29,045 nucleotides of DNA from a virus (lineage: Duplodnaviria; Heunggongvirae; Uroviricota; Caudoviricetes): IMG/VR virus record IMGVR_UViG_2778261464_000005; one strand, written 5' to 3'. Of this stretch, positions 15,440 through 24,471 are shown piece after piece. The position numbers and the translations under genes are program-made. The notes under the pieces are model-generated. The model ran no database searches. It was not told the origin of the DNA and was given only the letters and a program-made list of their open reading frames with translations. Position 1 is the first letter of the stretch. Every line of letters begins with the position of its first letter.

Positions 15440-15661
15440 ATGCTAAAGAATGTCATAGCTATTTTACCGGGTGACGCGTTTGATCATGTTGTTGTCCAGG
15501 ACGACCTGGAGATTGTTACCTTCAGGGGTGACAAGGGCGGCGTGCTTACTATGCCTATCGAGGAGTACGAACTAGACGGGATAAGTTATAACGTCGCACG
15601 TTGTGACGGTATGGTCACTGACGAAAAAGTTGAGAAGGCTATCAGACACTTCACCAAGTAA
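15440..15661 (+). CDS. Small hypothetical protein
   Basis: Internal ATG 15440 of track ORF 15392..15661, preceded by AGGGGA; 73 aa; followed by an intrinsic terminator. Confidence 0.55.
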   Translation: MLKNVIAILPGDAFDHVVVQDDLEIVTFRGDKGGVLTMPIEEYELDGISYNVARCDGMVTDEKVEKAIRHFTK

Positions 15662-15678
15662 TAATCAGCTTCCGAACC

Positions 15679-15704
15679 AAGCCTCGCAATAGCGAGGCTT
15701 TTTA
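15679..15704 (+). terminator. Intrinsic terminator (AAGCCTCGC-AATA-GCGAGGCTT + T-run)
   Basis: Perfect 9-bp stem and T5 read directly, ~20 nt after the stop of the 15440 gene. Confidence 0.6.
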
Positions 15705-15715
15705 ACGACAGAGGT

Positions 15716-15910
15716 ATGACAGTGGTTCTTACAGCTAAGCAGTTTGAAGACCTTGCATCCTTCGCGAAGGAAGATAGCCAGCCTCAATACACCATCGCAA
15801 CCGGAATAATCCCAGAATTCGAAGATGATTGTGAGTTTATCCCCGTTTATGCCGGGCTCATCGCTTATTTAGAGTTACTGAATCACGGTGTATTGCAACT
15901 CGACCACTAG
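15716..15910 (+). CDS. Small acidic hypothetical protein
   Basis: 64 aa; start ambiguous (ATG 15716 sits right against the SD; GTG 15722 has better spacing). Confidence 0.45.
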   Translation: MTVVLTAKQFEDLASFAKEDSQPQYTIATGIIPEFEDDCEFIPVYAGLIAYLELLNHGVLQLDH

Positions 15911-15984
15911 CGACATTACGCCAAGTATTCATCAAGTGCCTAGTTTAATGTTAAATTATTCCCTCATTCATAAAAGGGAATGTT

Positions 15985-16386
15985 ATGAAAATAGATCACG
16001 AGTATTTGAAAGGTCTTTTGGAAGCTTTCGAGGCGTCTGAAGAGCCGCATACTGATATAAAGCAGCTGCAGCTGGCTGGGTATGACTACAGCACCGATGA
16101 ATTTTTATTCCATATGCGTTTATTGGCTGATCGTCAACTAATTGCTAGAACAGACGGCAAGTATGGGTTTGGTTTCTCTGAGGCTGCTGATGGAGGATCA
16201 TGGTTCGTTATACCGTTACGATTAACTTCAAGCGGTCATGACTTCCTTGAAGCTCTCAGGAATAAAGAGGTTTGGAATTCTCTCAAGACCGGCTTTAAAG
16301 ATGCAAGCATTGGAACATTAGTTGACGTTTCAAGGCGTTTGCTGGATGGTTATATTCAGAAAAAAATTGACGACTTAATTGGCTAA
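15985..16386 (+). CDS. Hypothetical protein (AT-rich moron, 133 aa)
   Basis: Clean ORF with its own terminator downstream; no motif recognised with confidence. Confidence 0.6.
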   Translation: MKIDHEYLKGLLEAFEASEEPHTDIKQLQLAGYDYSTDEFLFHMRLLADRQLIARTDGKYGFGFSEAADGGSWFVIPLRLTSSGHDFLEALRNKEVWNSLKTGFKDASIGTLVDVSRRLLDGYIQKKIDDLIG

Positions 16387-16403
16387 TATTTTATATAACC
16401 ATC

Positions 16404-16429
16404 AGCCCCGCAATCGCGGGGCTTTTTTA
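16404..16429 (+). terminator. Intrinsic terminator (AGCCCCGC-AAT-GCGGGGCT + T6)
   Basis: Perfect 8-bp GC-rich stem followed by TTTTTT, read directly. Confidence 0.65.
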
Positions 16430-16520
16430 TTGCCATTATGATGGCAGATATATTGCTATGGCGTAACAGGATTTCAACTATGAACCCAACAGAAGCAGCT
16501 ACATCACCGAAGGACGGATA

Positions 16521-16871
16521 ATGCCACCACGCACACCAAAAGCCTGCCGTGTTCGCGGGTGCCGCCATACCACCACTGACCCGTCAGGTTATTGCGAAAG
16601 CCACAAAAGCGAAGGCTGGAAGCAATACAAGCCAGGACAATCCCGTCATCAGCGCGGCTACGGTTCGAAGTGGGATGTTATCCGCGCGCGTGTGCTGAAG
16701 CGTGACAAAGGTTTATGTCAGTTATGTCTGCGTGCCGGTGTGGTGCGTGAGGCGAAAACCGTTGACCACATCATCCCTAAAGCGCATGGCGGCACTGATG
16801 CCGACAGCAATCTGCAGAGCCTGTGCTGGCCGTGTCATAAGGCGAAGACGGCCCGTGAACGGTTGAAGTAA
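16521..16871 (+). CDS. HNH endonuclease (packaging-associated, adjacent to terminase)
   Basis: 116 aa; Cys pairs plus HNH-type motif (TVDHIIPKAHGGTDADSNLQSLCWPCHKAKT); sits immediately upstream of the terminase small subunit, as in HK97-like packaging modules. Confidence 0.8.
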   Translation: MPPRTPKACRVRGCRHTTTDPSGYCESHKSEGWKQYKPGQSRHQRGYGSKWDVIRARVLKRDKGLCQLCLRAGVVREAKTVDHIIPKAHGGTDADSNLQSLCWPCHKAKTARERLK

Positions 16872-16897
16872 GAACCAGTTCCCACTGCCAGAGGGGA

Positions 16898-16957
16898 GGG
16901 GCGGGTCAAATCTCTGTGACCTGACGTCTTCCGGACTGCCCGCCCCATCGTTTTTTT
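16898..16957 (+). other. GC-rich inverted repeat (GGGGCGGG ... CCCGCCCC) followed by T7; candidate terminator and/or cos/packaging-site region
   Basis: 8-bp arms separated by ~33 nt, then TTTTTTT, read directly. Lies between the HNH and terminase small subunit genes, where cos sites sit in HK97-like phages. Confidence 0.3.
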
Positions 16958-16996
16958 ATACCCGCGAAAAATGAAATTTAAACAGGAGTGCCGCAT

Positions 16997-17491
16997 ATGG
17001 CTGGAACGGCGGGGCGTTCCGGGCGTCGCCCCAAGCCAACGGCGCGCAAGGCGCTGGCCGGAAACCCCGGCAAGCGAGCCCTGAACAAAGATGAACCTGT
17101 TTTTACGCCCATCAAAGGGGTTGAGCCACCGGAGTGGTTCGCAGAAGAAAATCTCCCTCTCGCTACGATCATGTGGCAACTGACAACCAAAGAACTCTGC
17201 GGTCAGGGCCTGCTGTGCGTGACTGACCTCGCGGTGCTTGAGCGGTGGTGCGTAGCCTATGAGTTCTGGCGACGTGCCGTGAAAAATATTGCCAGCCAGG
17301 GCAACACCATCACCGGTGCAATGGGCGGTATGGTCAAAAATCCGGAGCTGACCGCCAAGAAAGAACAGGAGTCCGAGATGAGCAGCACGGGGGCAATGCT
17401 CGGACTCGACCCCAGCAGCCGCCAGCGTCTGATTGGCCTGGCGGGGCAGAAGAAAGCCACTAACCCGTTTCTGAAAATTATCGAATCATGA
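16997..17491 (+). CDS. Terminase small subunit (P27 family)
   Basis: [34 protein letters not shown] is the characteristic P27-family N-terminus; AGGAG 8 nt upstream of ATG 16997; overlaps the large subunit start. Confidence 0.85.
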   Translation: MAGTAGRSGRRPKPTARKALAGNPGKRALNKDEPVFTPIKGVEPPEWFAEENLPLATIMWQLTTKELCGQGLLCVTDLAVLERWCVAYEFWRRAVKNIASQGNTITGAMGGMVKNPELTAKKEQESEMSSTGAMLGLDPSSRQRLIGLAGQKKATNPFLKIIES

Positions 17492-19221
17492 GCCGGAAAT
17501 CTTACCCCAACGTAAATGCAGCCAATCAGTATGCCCGTGATGTCGTGCGCGGAAAGATTGTGGCCTGCCAGTTTGTGATTCAGGCCTGCCAGCGCCATCT
17601 TGATGACCTGATGGCGGAAAAAAGTAAGTCGTTTCGTTACCGCTTCGACAAGGACCTGGCTGAACGGGCCGCGAAATTTATTCAGCTGTTGCCGCACACC
17701 AAGGGTGAGTGGGCATTCAAACGGATGCCCATCACGCTGGAGCCGTGGCAGCTATTTGTGATCTGCTGTGCGTTTGGCTGGGTCAATAAAGGCACCCGGT
17801 TGCGCCGCTTCCGGGAGGTGTATACCGAAATCCCCCGTAAGAACGGCAAATCAGCAATCTCTGCCGGTGTTGCCCTGTATTGTTTTGCCTGTGATAACGA
17901 GTTTGGCGCGGAAGTGTATTCCGGTGCCACGACAGAGAAACAGGCGTGGGAAGTCTTTCGCCCGGCGCGACTGATGTGTAAACGCACACCCATGCTGACG
18001 GAAGCGTTCGGGATTGAGGTTAACGCCTCAAACATGAACCGTCCGGAGGATGGCGCGCGGTTTGAACCGCTGATCGGTAACCCTGGTGATGGTTCATCAC
18101 CCCACTGTGCGGTGGTGGATGAATATCACGAGCACGCCACCGATGCGCTTTATACCACGATGCTTACCGGGATGGGGGCGCGACGTCAGCCACTGATGTG
18201 GGCCATCACCACCGCCGGGTACAACATTGAGGGGCCGTGCTACGACAAGCGGCGGGAAGTTATCGAGATGCTCAACGGTTCGGTACCCAACGATGAACTG
18301 TTCGGGATCATCTATACCGTTGATGAAGGTGACGACTGGACCGACCCGCAGGTGCTGGAAAAAGCCAATCCAAATATTGGCGTGTCGGTTTATCGCGAAT
18401 TTTTGTTAAGTCAGCAGCAGCGTGCTAAAAATAACGCCCGTCTGGCAAACGTCTTTAAAACAAAACACCTCAATATCTGGGTGTCGGCGCGTTCGGCGTA
18501 TTTCAACCTGGTGAGCTGGCAGAGCTGCGAGGATAAATCACTGACCCTTGAGCAGTTCGAGGGGCAGCCGTGCATTCTGGCCTTTGACCTGGCGCGTAAG
18601 CTGGATATGAACAGCATGGCGCGACTTTATACCCGCGAGATTGACGGTAAAACGCATTACTACAGTGTGGCCCCGCGTTTCTGGGTACCGTATGACACGG
18701 TGTACAGCGTCGAGAAAAATGAAGATCGCCGGACAGCCGAACGCTTTCAGAAATGGGTGGAAATGGGCGTTCTGACTGTTACCGCTGGTGCGGAGGTGGA
18801 TTATCGCTACATCCTCGAGGAGGCCAAAGCGGCGAACAAAATCAGCCCGGTCAGTGAGTCACCCATCGACCCCTTCGGGGCGACCGGGCTGTCGCATGAC
18901 CTTGCTGATGAAGACCTGAACCCCATCACCATCATTCAGAACTACACCAACATGTCCGATCCGATGAAAGAGCTGGAAGCGGCGATTGAATCGGGGCGCT
19001 TTCATCATGACGGCAATCCCATCATGACCTGGTGTATCGGCAACGTGGTCGGCAAAACCATTCCGGGTAACGATGATGTGGTGAAGCCTGTCAAGGAGCA
19101 GGCGGAAAACAAAATCGATGGTGCGGTTGCACTGATTATGGCGATCGGTCGGGCAATGCTCAAAGAACCCGACGATTTCCTCTCATCTCTTGATCCGGAC
19201 GATGCTCTCTTAATTCTATGA
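17488..19221 (+). CDS. Terminase large subunit (HK97-like)
   Basis: 577 aa with ATPase region ([18 protein letters not shown], ...AVVDEYHEH) and nuclease region; position between the small subunit and portal. Confidence 0.9.
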   Translation: MSRKSYPNVNAANQYARDVVRGKIVACQFVIQACQRHLDDLMAEKSKSFRYRFDKDLAERAAKFIQLLPHTKGEWAFKRMPITLEPWQLFVICCAFGWVNKGTRLRRFREVYTEIPRKNGKSAISAGVALYCFACDNEFGAEVYSGATTEKQAWEVFRPARLMCKRTPMLTEAFGIEVNASNMNRPEDGARFEPLIGNPGDGSSPHCAVVDEYHEHATDALYTTMLTGMGARRQPLMWAITTAGYNIEGPCYDKRREVIEMLNGSVPNDELFGIIYTVDEGDDWTDPQVLEKANPNIGVSVYREFLLSQQQRAKNNARLANVFKTKHLNIWVSARSAYFNLVSWQSCEDKSLTLEQFEGQPCILAFDLARKLDMNSMARLYTREIDGKTHYYSVAPRFWVPYDTVYSVEKNEDRRTAERFQKWVEMGVLTVTAGAEVDYRYILEEAKAANKISPVSESPIDPFGATGLSHDLADEDLNPITIIQNYTNMSDPMKELEAAIESGRFHHDGNPIMTWCIGNVVGKTIPGNDDVVKPVKEQAENKIDGAVALIMAIGRAMLKEPDDFLSSLDPDDALLIL

Positions 19222-19379
19222 AATCACTAATTGCTGATGTTATCGGGCTGGCTGGTTTTGGCCTGCTTACGTGCGGGTTTTACCTGCAGTTTGGTATGGC
19301 TCCGGCTCTGATGCTGTCCGGCGGTTTACTGCTGGTGGGCGCACTGGCTATGGCCAGAAGGGGGACGCGTGCTGCTTGA
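19218..19379 (+). CDS. Possible small membrane protein (53 aa) between terminase and portal
   Basis: ATG overlaps the terminase stop (ATGA); hydrophobic ([43 protein letters not shown]); overlaps the portal start. Below the ORF-track size cut-off, so weak. Confidence 0.3.
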   Translation: MKSLIADVIGLAGFGLLTCGFYLQFGMAPALMLSGGLLLVGALAMARRGTRAA

Positions 19380-20595
19380 TGCTCTGTTCAGAAGTAAATC
19401 ACTGGAGAATCCTTCCACCCCGATAACCGGGGATGCCGTTGATACTGATGGGCTGTTCCGGGCAGACGTTTATGTCAGTCCTGAAACTGCGATGAAACTG
19501 GCTGCGGTGTATTCCTGTATCTATGTCCTGTCTTCCAGCCTTGCCCAGATGCCGTTGCATGTTATGCGCAGGCACAATGGGAAGGTTGAGCCCGCACGCG
19601 ATCATCCGGCGTTTTATCTGGTTCATGATGAGCCCAATACCTGGCAAACCAGTTACAAATGGCGCGAACTGAAGCAACGTCACATCCTTGGCTGGGGGAA
19701 TGGGTATACCTGGGTGAAACGTAATCGTCGCGGTGAAGTCATATCCCTGGATTGCTGTATGCCGTGGGAAACGACGCTGATGAATACTGGTGGCCGATAC
19801 ACCTACGGTTTGTACAACGAATATGGGGCGTTTGCGATCAGCCCCGACGATATGATCCACATCCGTGCGCTGGGTAATAATCAGAAGATGGGGCTGAGTC
19901 CGATTATGCAACATGCCGAAACAATAGGCATGGGGATGAGCGGTCAGAAATACACAGAAAGCTTCTTCAGCGGTAATGCCCGTCCGGCGGGGATAGTATC
20001 CGTTAAAAGCGGACTCAATAAGGACAGCTGGGGCTGGCTTAAAGATCAGTGGCAGAAGGCATCGCAGGCGTTACGCAGCCAGGAAAACAAAACCATGCTG
20101 CTGCCAGCCGATCTGGATTACAAGGCACTGACTGTGTCGCCAGTTGACGCTCAGATCATTGACATGATGAAACTGAACCGTTCAATGATTGCCGGTATTT
20201 TCAATATTCCTGCGCACATGATTAATGACCTCGAAAAAGCCACCTTCTCCAATATTTCTGCGCAGGCGATTCAGTTTGTCCGCTACACGATGATGCCGTG
20301 GGTGACGAACTGGGAGCAGGAGCTTAACCGTCGCTTGTTTACCCGCGCTGAGTTAGCCGCCGGGTATTACGTCAGGTTCAATCTGACGGGGCTTTTACGC
20401 GGAACTCCACAGGAGCGCGCGCAATTCTATCACTTCGCTATTACCGATGGATGGATGAGCCGTAATGAGGCCCGTGCATTCGAGGATATGAATCCGGTTG
20501 AAGGGCTGGATGAGATGCTGGTAAGCGTGAATGCTGCTAACCCGGCAGGAGATTTTAAGCCCCCAAAAAATGATGAGGGAAAAACCAATGAATGA
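19369..20595 (+). CDS. Portal protein (HK97 family)
   Basis: 408 aa; size, position after terminase and conserved-looking core (FSGNARPAGIVSVKSGLNKDSWGWLKDQWQ). GTG start. Confidence 0.85.
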   Translation: MLLDALFRSKSLENPSTPITGDAVDTDGLFRADVYVSPETAMKLAAVYSCIYVLSSSLAQMPLHVMRRHNGKVEPARDHPAFYLVHDEPNTWQTSYKWRELKQRHILGWGNGYTWVKRNRRGEVISLDCCMPWETTLMNTGGRYTYGLYNEYGAFAISPDDMIHIRALGNNQKMGLSPIMQHAETIGMGMSGQKYTESFFSGNARPAGIVSVKSGLNKDSWGWLKDQWQKASQALRSQENKTMLLPADLDYKALTVSPVDAQIIDMMKLNRSMIAGIFNIPAHMINDLEKATFSNISAQAIQFVRYTMMPWVTNWEQELNRRLFTRAELAAGYYVRFNLTGLLRGTPQERAQFYHFAITDGWMSRNEARAFEDMNPVEGLDEMLVSVNAANPAGDFKPPKNDEGKTNE

Positions 20596-21190
20596 CCGTG
20601 AAATCCGTTGTTACAGCGGTGAGGTGCGTGCTGAGCGGCATGACGATAACCCTGCGCACATTATCGGTTATGGATCGGTGTTTGACTGTCGTTCTGAGCT
20701 GATATTTGGTTCATTCCGCGAAATCATCCGGCCCGGCGCTTTTGACGATGTGCTTGGTGATGATGTACGCGCACTGTTTAACCACGATCCTAATTTTATT
20801 CTTGGGCGTAGTGCAGCAGGCACGCTGAATCTTTCAGTTGATGAGCGCGGATTGCGCTATGACATCCAGGCTCCGGAGACACAGACCATTCGTGATCTGG
20901 TGCTGGCCCCGATGCAACGTGGAGATATTAACCAGTCATCTTTTGCTTTCCGTGTCGCCCGTGACGGCGAGGAGTGGTATCAGGATGAGGACGGGGTTGT
21001 TATTCGCGAGATAACCCGCTTTTCCCGTCTGCTGGATGTCAGTCCTGTGACATATCCTGCCTATCAGGAGGCTGACTCGGCTGTTCGCTCCATGAAAGCA
21101 TGGCAGGAGGCGCGCAACAGCGGCGCGCTACAGAAAGCCATTAATCAACGTATGGCGCGTGAACGCGTCCTGACCCTTCTTAACGCGTAA
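20588..21190 (+). CDS. Prohead maturation protease (HK97 family)
   Basis: ATG 20588 overlaps the portal stop; ~200 aa; lies between portal and capsid. Confidence 0.8.
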   Translation: MNDREIRCYSGEVRAERHDDNPAHIIGYGSVFDCRSELIFGSFREIIRPGAFDDVLGDDVRALFNHDPNFILGRSAAGTLNLSVDERGLRYDIQAPETQTIRDLVLAPMQRGDINQSSFAFRVARDGEEWYQDEDGVVIREITRFSRLLDVSPVTYPAYQEADSAVRSMKAWQEARNSGALQKAINQRMARERVLTLLNA

Positions 21191-21200
21191 AGGAAACATC

Positions 21201-22430
21201 ATGAAACTGCATGAACTGAAACAGAAACGTAATACTATCGCAACTGACATGCGCGCCCTGAATGAAAAAATTGGTGATAACGCATGGACGGAAGAGCAGC
21301 GCACTGAGTGGAACAAAGCAAAATCCGAACTGGAAGCTCTTGATGAACGAATTGCACGCGAAGAAGAACTGCGTCGTCAGGATCAGGCGTACATTGAAAG
21401 CAATGAGGAAGAGCAGCGTCAGAATCTTGATCCGGAAAACAATTCGCAACAGGATGAGAAACGAGCTCAGGTTTTTGATAAGTGGATGCGTCACGGTGCC
21501 AGTGAGCTGACATCAGAAGAGCGAAAGGCGTTGCGTGAACTTCGTGCCCAGGGTGTAGCTCAGGATGAAAAGGGCGGATATACCGTACCAGAAACATTCC
21601 TGGCGAAAGTTGTTGAGAAGATGAAATCCTACGGTGGCATCGCCAGTGTGGCGCAGATTCTGACCACTTCTGACGGTCGCACCATGGAGTGGGCAACAGC
21701 TGATGGTACTTCCGAAGTTGGTGTTCTGCTGGGCGAAAATGAAGAAGCCGGTGAAGAAGACACCGATTTCGGTATGGGAAGTCTTGGGGCGCTCAAAATG
21801 ACATCGAAAATCATTCGTGTGTCTAATGAGTTGCTGCAGGACAGCGCGATCGATATGGAAGCTTATCTTGCCCGTCGCATTGCTGAACGTATTGGTCGTG
21901 GTGAAGCCCGTTATCTGATTCAGGGGACGGGGGCTGGTACGCCTAAACAACCCAAAGGGCTGGTCGCATCTGTGACCGGCACAACACAGACTGCCGCGGC
22001 AAATACGGTGAAGTGGCAGGAAATTCTGGCTCTGAAACACAGCATTGATCCTGCATATCGTCGCGGACCGAAATTCCGCCTGGCGTTTAACGATAATACG
22101 CTGAAACTGATCAGTGAGATGGAAGACGGTCAGGGACGCCCTTTATGGTTGCCGGATATTGTTGGTGTGGCACCTGCTTCAGTGTTGAATGTACCGTATG
22201 TCATTGATCAGGAAATTGATGATATCGGGGCGGGTAAAAAATTCATGTTCTGTGGTGACTTTGATCGCTTCATTATCCGTCGTGTGCGATACATGATTCT
22301 TAAACGTCTGGTTGAGCGTTACGCGGAATATGATCAGACCGGTTTTCTGGCCTTCCATCGTTTTGACTGTATCCTGGAAGACACCTCTGCCATTAAAGCG
22401 CTGGTGGGGAAAGGTAGCGTTGGTGGTTGA
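21201..22430 (+). CDS. Major capsid protein (HK97 fold, with N-terminal coiled-coil delta/scaffold domain)
   Basis: 409 aa; N-terminal ~110 aa is charged and coiled-coil-like (ELEALDERIAREEELRRQDQAYIE), followed by the capsid domain; directly after the protease. Confidence 0.85.
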   Translation: MKLHELKQKRNTIATDMRALNEKIGDNAWTEEQRTEWNKAKSELEALDERIAREEELRRQDQAYIESNEEEQRQNLDPENNSQQDEKRAQVFDKWMRHGASELTSEERKALRELRAQGVAQDEKGGYTVPETFLAKVVEKMKSYGGIASVAQILTTSDGRTMEWATADGTSEVGVLLGENEEAGEEDTDFGMGSLGALKMTSKIIRVSNELLQDSAIDMEAYLARRIAERIGRGEARYLIQGTGAGTPKQPKGLVASVTGTTQTAAANTVKWQEILALKHSIDPAYRRGPKFRLAFNDNTLKLISEMEDGQGRPLWLPDIVGVAPASVLNVPYVIDQEIDDIGAGKKFMFCGDFDRFIIRRVRYMILKRLVERYAEYDQTGFLAFHRFDCILEDTSAIKALVGKGSVGG

Positions 22431-22454
22431 TTAGTCTTTTTACGTAATACAGCA

Positions 22455-22498
22455 CGCCGCGTAATGCGGTTTTTTTGTGCCCGCGTTCTGGCGGGCAC
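22455..22498 (+). terminator. Tandem hairpins after the capsid gene (attenuator)
   Basis: Hairpin CCGCG-TAAT-GCGG + T7 (~22455-22477), then perfect hairpin GTGCCCGC-GTTCTG-GCGGGCAC (~22477-22498) right before the SD of the next gene. Confidence 0.5.
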
Positions 22499-22508
22499 AG
22501 GAGGTTTT

Positions 22509-22832
22509 ATGCTGTTAAAAATGGAAGAGATTAAGCTTCAGCTCCGTCTGGATGATGATTTCTCTGATGAAGATGAGTTGCTTGAACTGCTTGGTAAGGC
22601 CGCTCAGAGTCGTACGGAAAACTTCCTTAACCGTAAGTTGTATGCAACCGCAGATGACAGGCCTGCGGATGATCCTGATGGGCTTGTGATATCTGATGAT
22701 GTGAAGCTGGCGCTTCTGCTACTTGTCAGCCATTTCTACGAAAACCGCTCAACGGTTACAGACGTTGAGAAAATGGAGTTGCCAATGAGTTTTAACTGGT
22801 TGGTTGCTCCTTATCGCCTTATACCACTATGA
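22509..22832 (+). CDS. Head-tail connector protein (gp6-like)
   Basis: ATG 22509 after AGGAGG; ~107 aa acidic protein in the connector position after the capsid. Confidence 0.65.
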   Translation: MLLKMEEIKLQLRLDDDFSDEDELLELLGKAAQSRTENFLNRKLYATADDRPADDPDGLVISDDVKLALLLLVSHFYENRSTVTDVEKMELPMSFNWLVAPYRLIPL

Positions 22833-23239
22833 AAATTCGTCAGGCGCAGACCAGCGCAACCTACATACTGCCGGACCCAGGCGAGCTGAATAAACGCGTC
22901 CTGATCCGCCAGCGGGTGGATATGCCCGCGGATAACTTTGGCGTGGAGCCTCAATACCCGGTTGCGTTCCGGGCATGGGCGAAGGTTATCCAGACCAGTG
23001 CCACCACCTGGCAGGAAACCGCGCAGATCGGAGACGCCATCACCCATTACATCACCATTCGCTACCGCCGGGGGATCACTGCTGATTATGAGGTGGTCTG
23101 TGATGACAGTGTGTACCGGGTGAAACGTCAGCGTGATCTGAACGGGGCGCGGCGCTTTCTGCTGCTGGAGTGTACGGAACTGGGTGCCGAAGAACAAATG
23201 GGAGGACGCAGTGGAGCAGACAGCATTTTTACACGTTGA
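22829..23239 (+). CDS. Head-tail adaptor / head closure protein
   Basis: 136 aa; start overlaps the upstream stop (ATGA); position and size fit head-tail joining proteins. Confidence 0.65.
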   Translation: MKIRQAQTSATYILPDPGELNKRVLIRQRVDMPADNFGVEPQYPVAFRAWAKVIQTSATTWQETAQIGDAITHYITIRYRRGITADYEVVCDDSVYRVKRQRDLNGARRFLLLECTELGAEEQMGGRSGADSIFTR

Positions 23240-23258
23240 TTTCAAACAACCGGAGGAG

Positions 23259-23735
23259 ATGGAGTTTAATCGTGCCAGGCTCCGAAGGGCATTTGTTCAA
23301 ATCGGGCGTGTCTATATGCGTGATGCCCGGCGGCTGGTGATGCGACGTGGTCGGTCTGCTCCAGGTGAAAACCCCGGCTATCAGACCGGACGACTTGCGC
23401 GTTCTATAGGTTATTACGTCCCCCGTAAAAGCTCCCGTCGTTCTGGCCTGATGGTCAGGATTTCCCCTAACCAGAAAAACGGGCAGGGTAACCGGCGTTT
23501 TCCTGAAGGTTCTGCGTATTATCCGGCGTTTCTGTATTACGGTGTGCGTCATGCCGCATACGGGATGAGCAAAAAGGATAAGCGCCAGAAAAAGCAGCAT
23601 TCATCCCGCTGGCGGCTGGCACCACGTAATAACTTTATGGCTGATGTCATCGACCAGCGTCGTTACTGGACACAAAAGTTACTGTCCCGTGAGTTACAGC
23701 GGTCATTACGTCCTGTAAGAAGGAAAAAAACATGA
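23259..23735 (+). CDS. HK97 gp10-like tail-completion / neck protein
   Basis: Basic ~158-aa protein; start ambiguous (ATG 23259 after the upstream stop, or GTG 23184 overlapping it). Confidence 0.55.
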   Translation: MEFNRARLRRAFVQIGRVYMRDARRLVMRRGRSAPGENPGYQTGRLARSIGYYVPRKSSRRSGLMVRISPNQKNGQGNRRFPEGSAYYPAFLYYGVRHAAYGMSKKDKRQKKQHSSRWRLAPRNNFMADVIDQRRYWTQKLLSRELQRSLRPVRRKKT

Positions 23736-24292
23736 AACTGACGCCTGTTATTGCTGCGCTGCGTGCCCGCTGCCCGTATTTTGAAAACCGGGTGGCAGGC
23801 GCGGCCCAGTTCAAAAATCTGCCGGAGGTCGGAAAGCTGAAACTCCCGGCGGCATATGTGGTACCGGGGGATGATTCTCCGGGAGAAAACAAAAGCCAGA
23901 CCGACTACTGGCAGGAGCTGAAAGAGGGCTTCTCCGTGGTTGTCATACTGAGTAACTGGCGTGATGAGCGCGGTCAGTTTGCCTCGTATGATGTGGTGGA
24001 CGATGTCCGGCAGATGCTCTTTAAGGCCCTGCTGGGCTGGAACCCGGAAGCGTGCGGTAACCCGATTACCTATGACGGCGGCACGCTGCTGGATCTGAAT
24101 CGTCATGAGCTGATTTATCAGTTCGATTTTTCGGTCATCAGCGAGCTGACCGAAGACGATACCCGCCAGCAGGATGAGCTGAACAGTCTGGATGAACTGC
24201 GAACGCTGGCGATTGATGTTGATTATCTCGATCCCGGTAACGGGCCTGACGGCGATATCGAACATCACACCGAAATAACCATTCCTTCCTGA
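23732..24292 (+). CDS. Tail-associated structural protein (Mu-like, possibly tail terminator/sheath stabiliser)
   Basis: 186 aa, start overlapping the upstream stop, lying before the sheath gene; family recalled only vaguely. Confidence 0.5.
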   Translation: MKLTPVIAALRARCPYFENRVAGAAQFKNLPEVGKLKLPAAYVVPGDDSPGENKSQTDYWQELKEGFSVVVILSNWRDERGQFASYDVVDDVRQMLFKALLGWNPEACGNPITYDGGTLLDLNRHELIYQFDFSVISELTEDDTRQQDELNSLDELRTLAIDVDYLDPGNGPDGDIEHHTEITIPS

Positions 24293-24300
24293 GAATCTTC

Positions 24301-24471
24301 ATGTTTGTGAAACCTGTTAAAGGGCGGTCAGTGCCTGACCCTGCCCGCGGTGACCTTTTGCCCACCGAAGGGCGAAATGTTGACGAGAACAACTACTGGC
24401 TGCGCCGTGAAGCAGCGGGTGATATCCGGCGCGTGAATAAAAAGGTGAACACCGATGACGATAAGCTTTAA
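24301..24471 (+). CDS. Small tail-module protein (56 aa)
   Basis: ATG 24301; MFVKPVKGRSVPDPARGDLLPTEGRNVDENNYWLRREAAGDIRRVNKKVNTDDDKL; overlaps the sheath gene start. Below the ORF-track size cut-off. Confidence 0.45.
   Translation: MFVKPVKGRSVPDPARGDLLPTEGRNVDENNYWLRREAAGDIRRVNKKVNTDDDKL

Noticed and set aside
15268-15456. Minus-strand ORF 15268..15456
   Set aside because: Antisense to the better-supported plus-strand small genes (the amber-interrupted gene and the 15440 gene); no ribosome-binding site.
17257-18617. ORFs on both strands inside the terminase large subunit gene (17257..17697, 17682..18035, 17768..17974, 17783..17989, 18227..18409, 18411..18617)
   Set aside because: Embedded in a confidently identified 577-aa terminase; GC-rich shadow frames.
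19399-19914. Minus-strand ORF 19399..19914 (171 aa)
   Set aside because: Antisense within the portal gene; translation is Arg/Pro/Gly-rich shadow frame.
21128-22040. ORFs 21128..21316(-), 21180..21494(-), 21235..21696(-), 21262..21510(+), 21513..22040(-) and 21629..21814(-)
   Set aside because: All overlap the major capsid gene or protease end; the capsid ORF has coherent coiled-coil and capsid-fold features.
22811-24392. ORFs 22811..23245(-), 22938..23123(+), 23229..23600(-), 23647..23892(-), 23663..24268(-) and 24138..24392(-)
   Set aside because: Antisense or out of frame within the contiguous plus-strand connector and tail genes, which are tightly translationally coupled.
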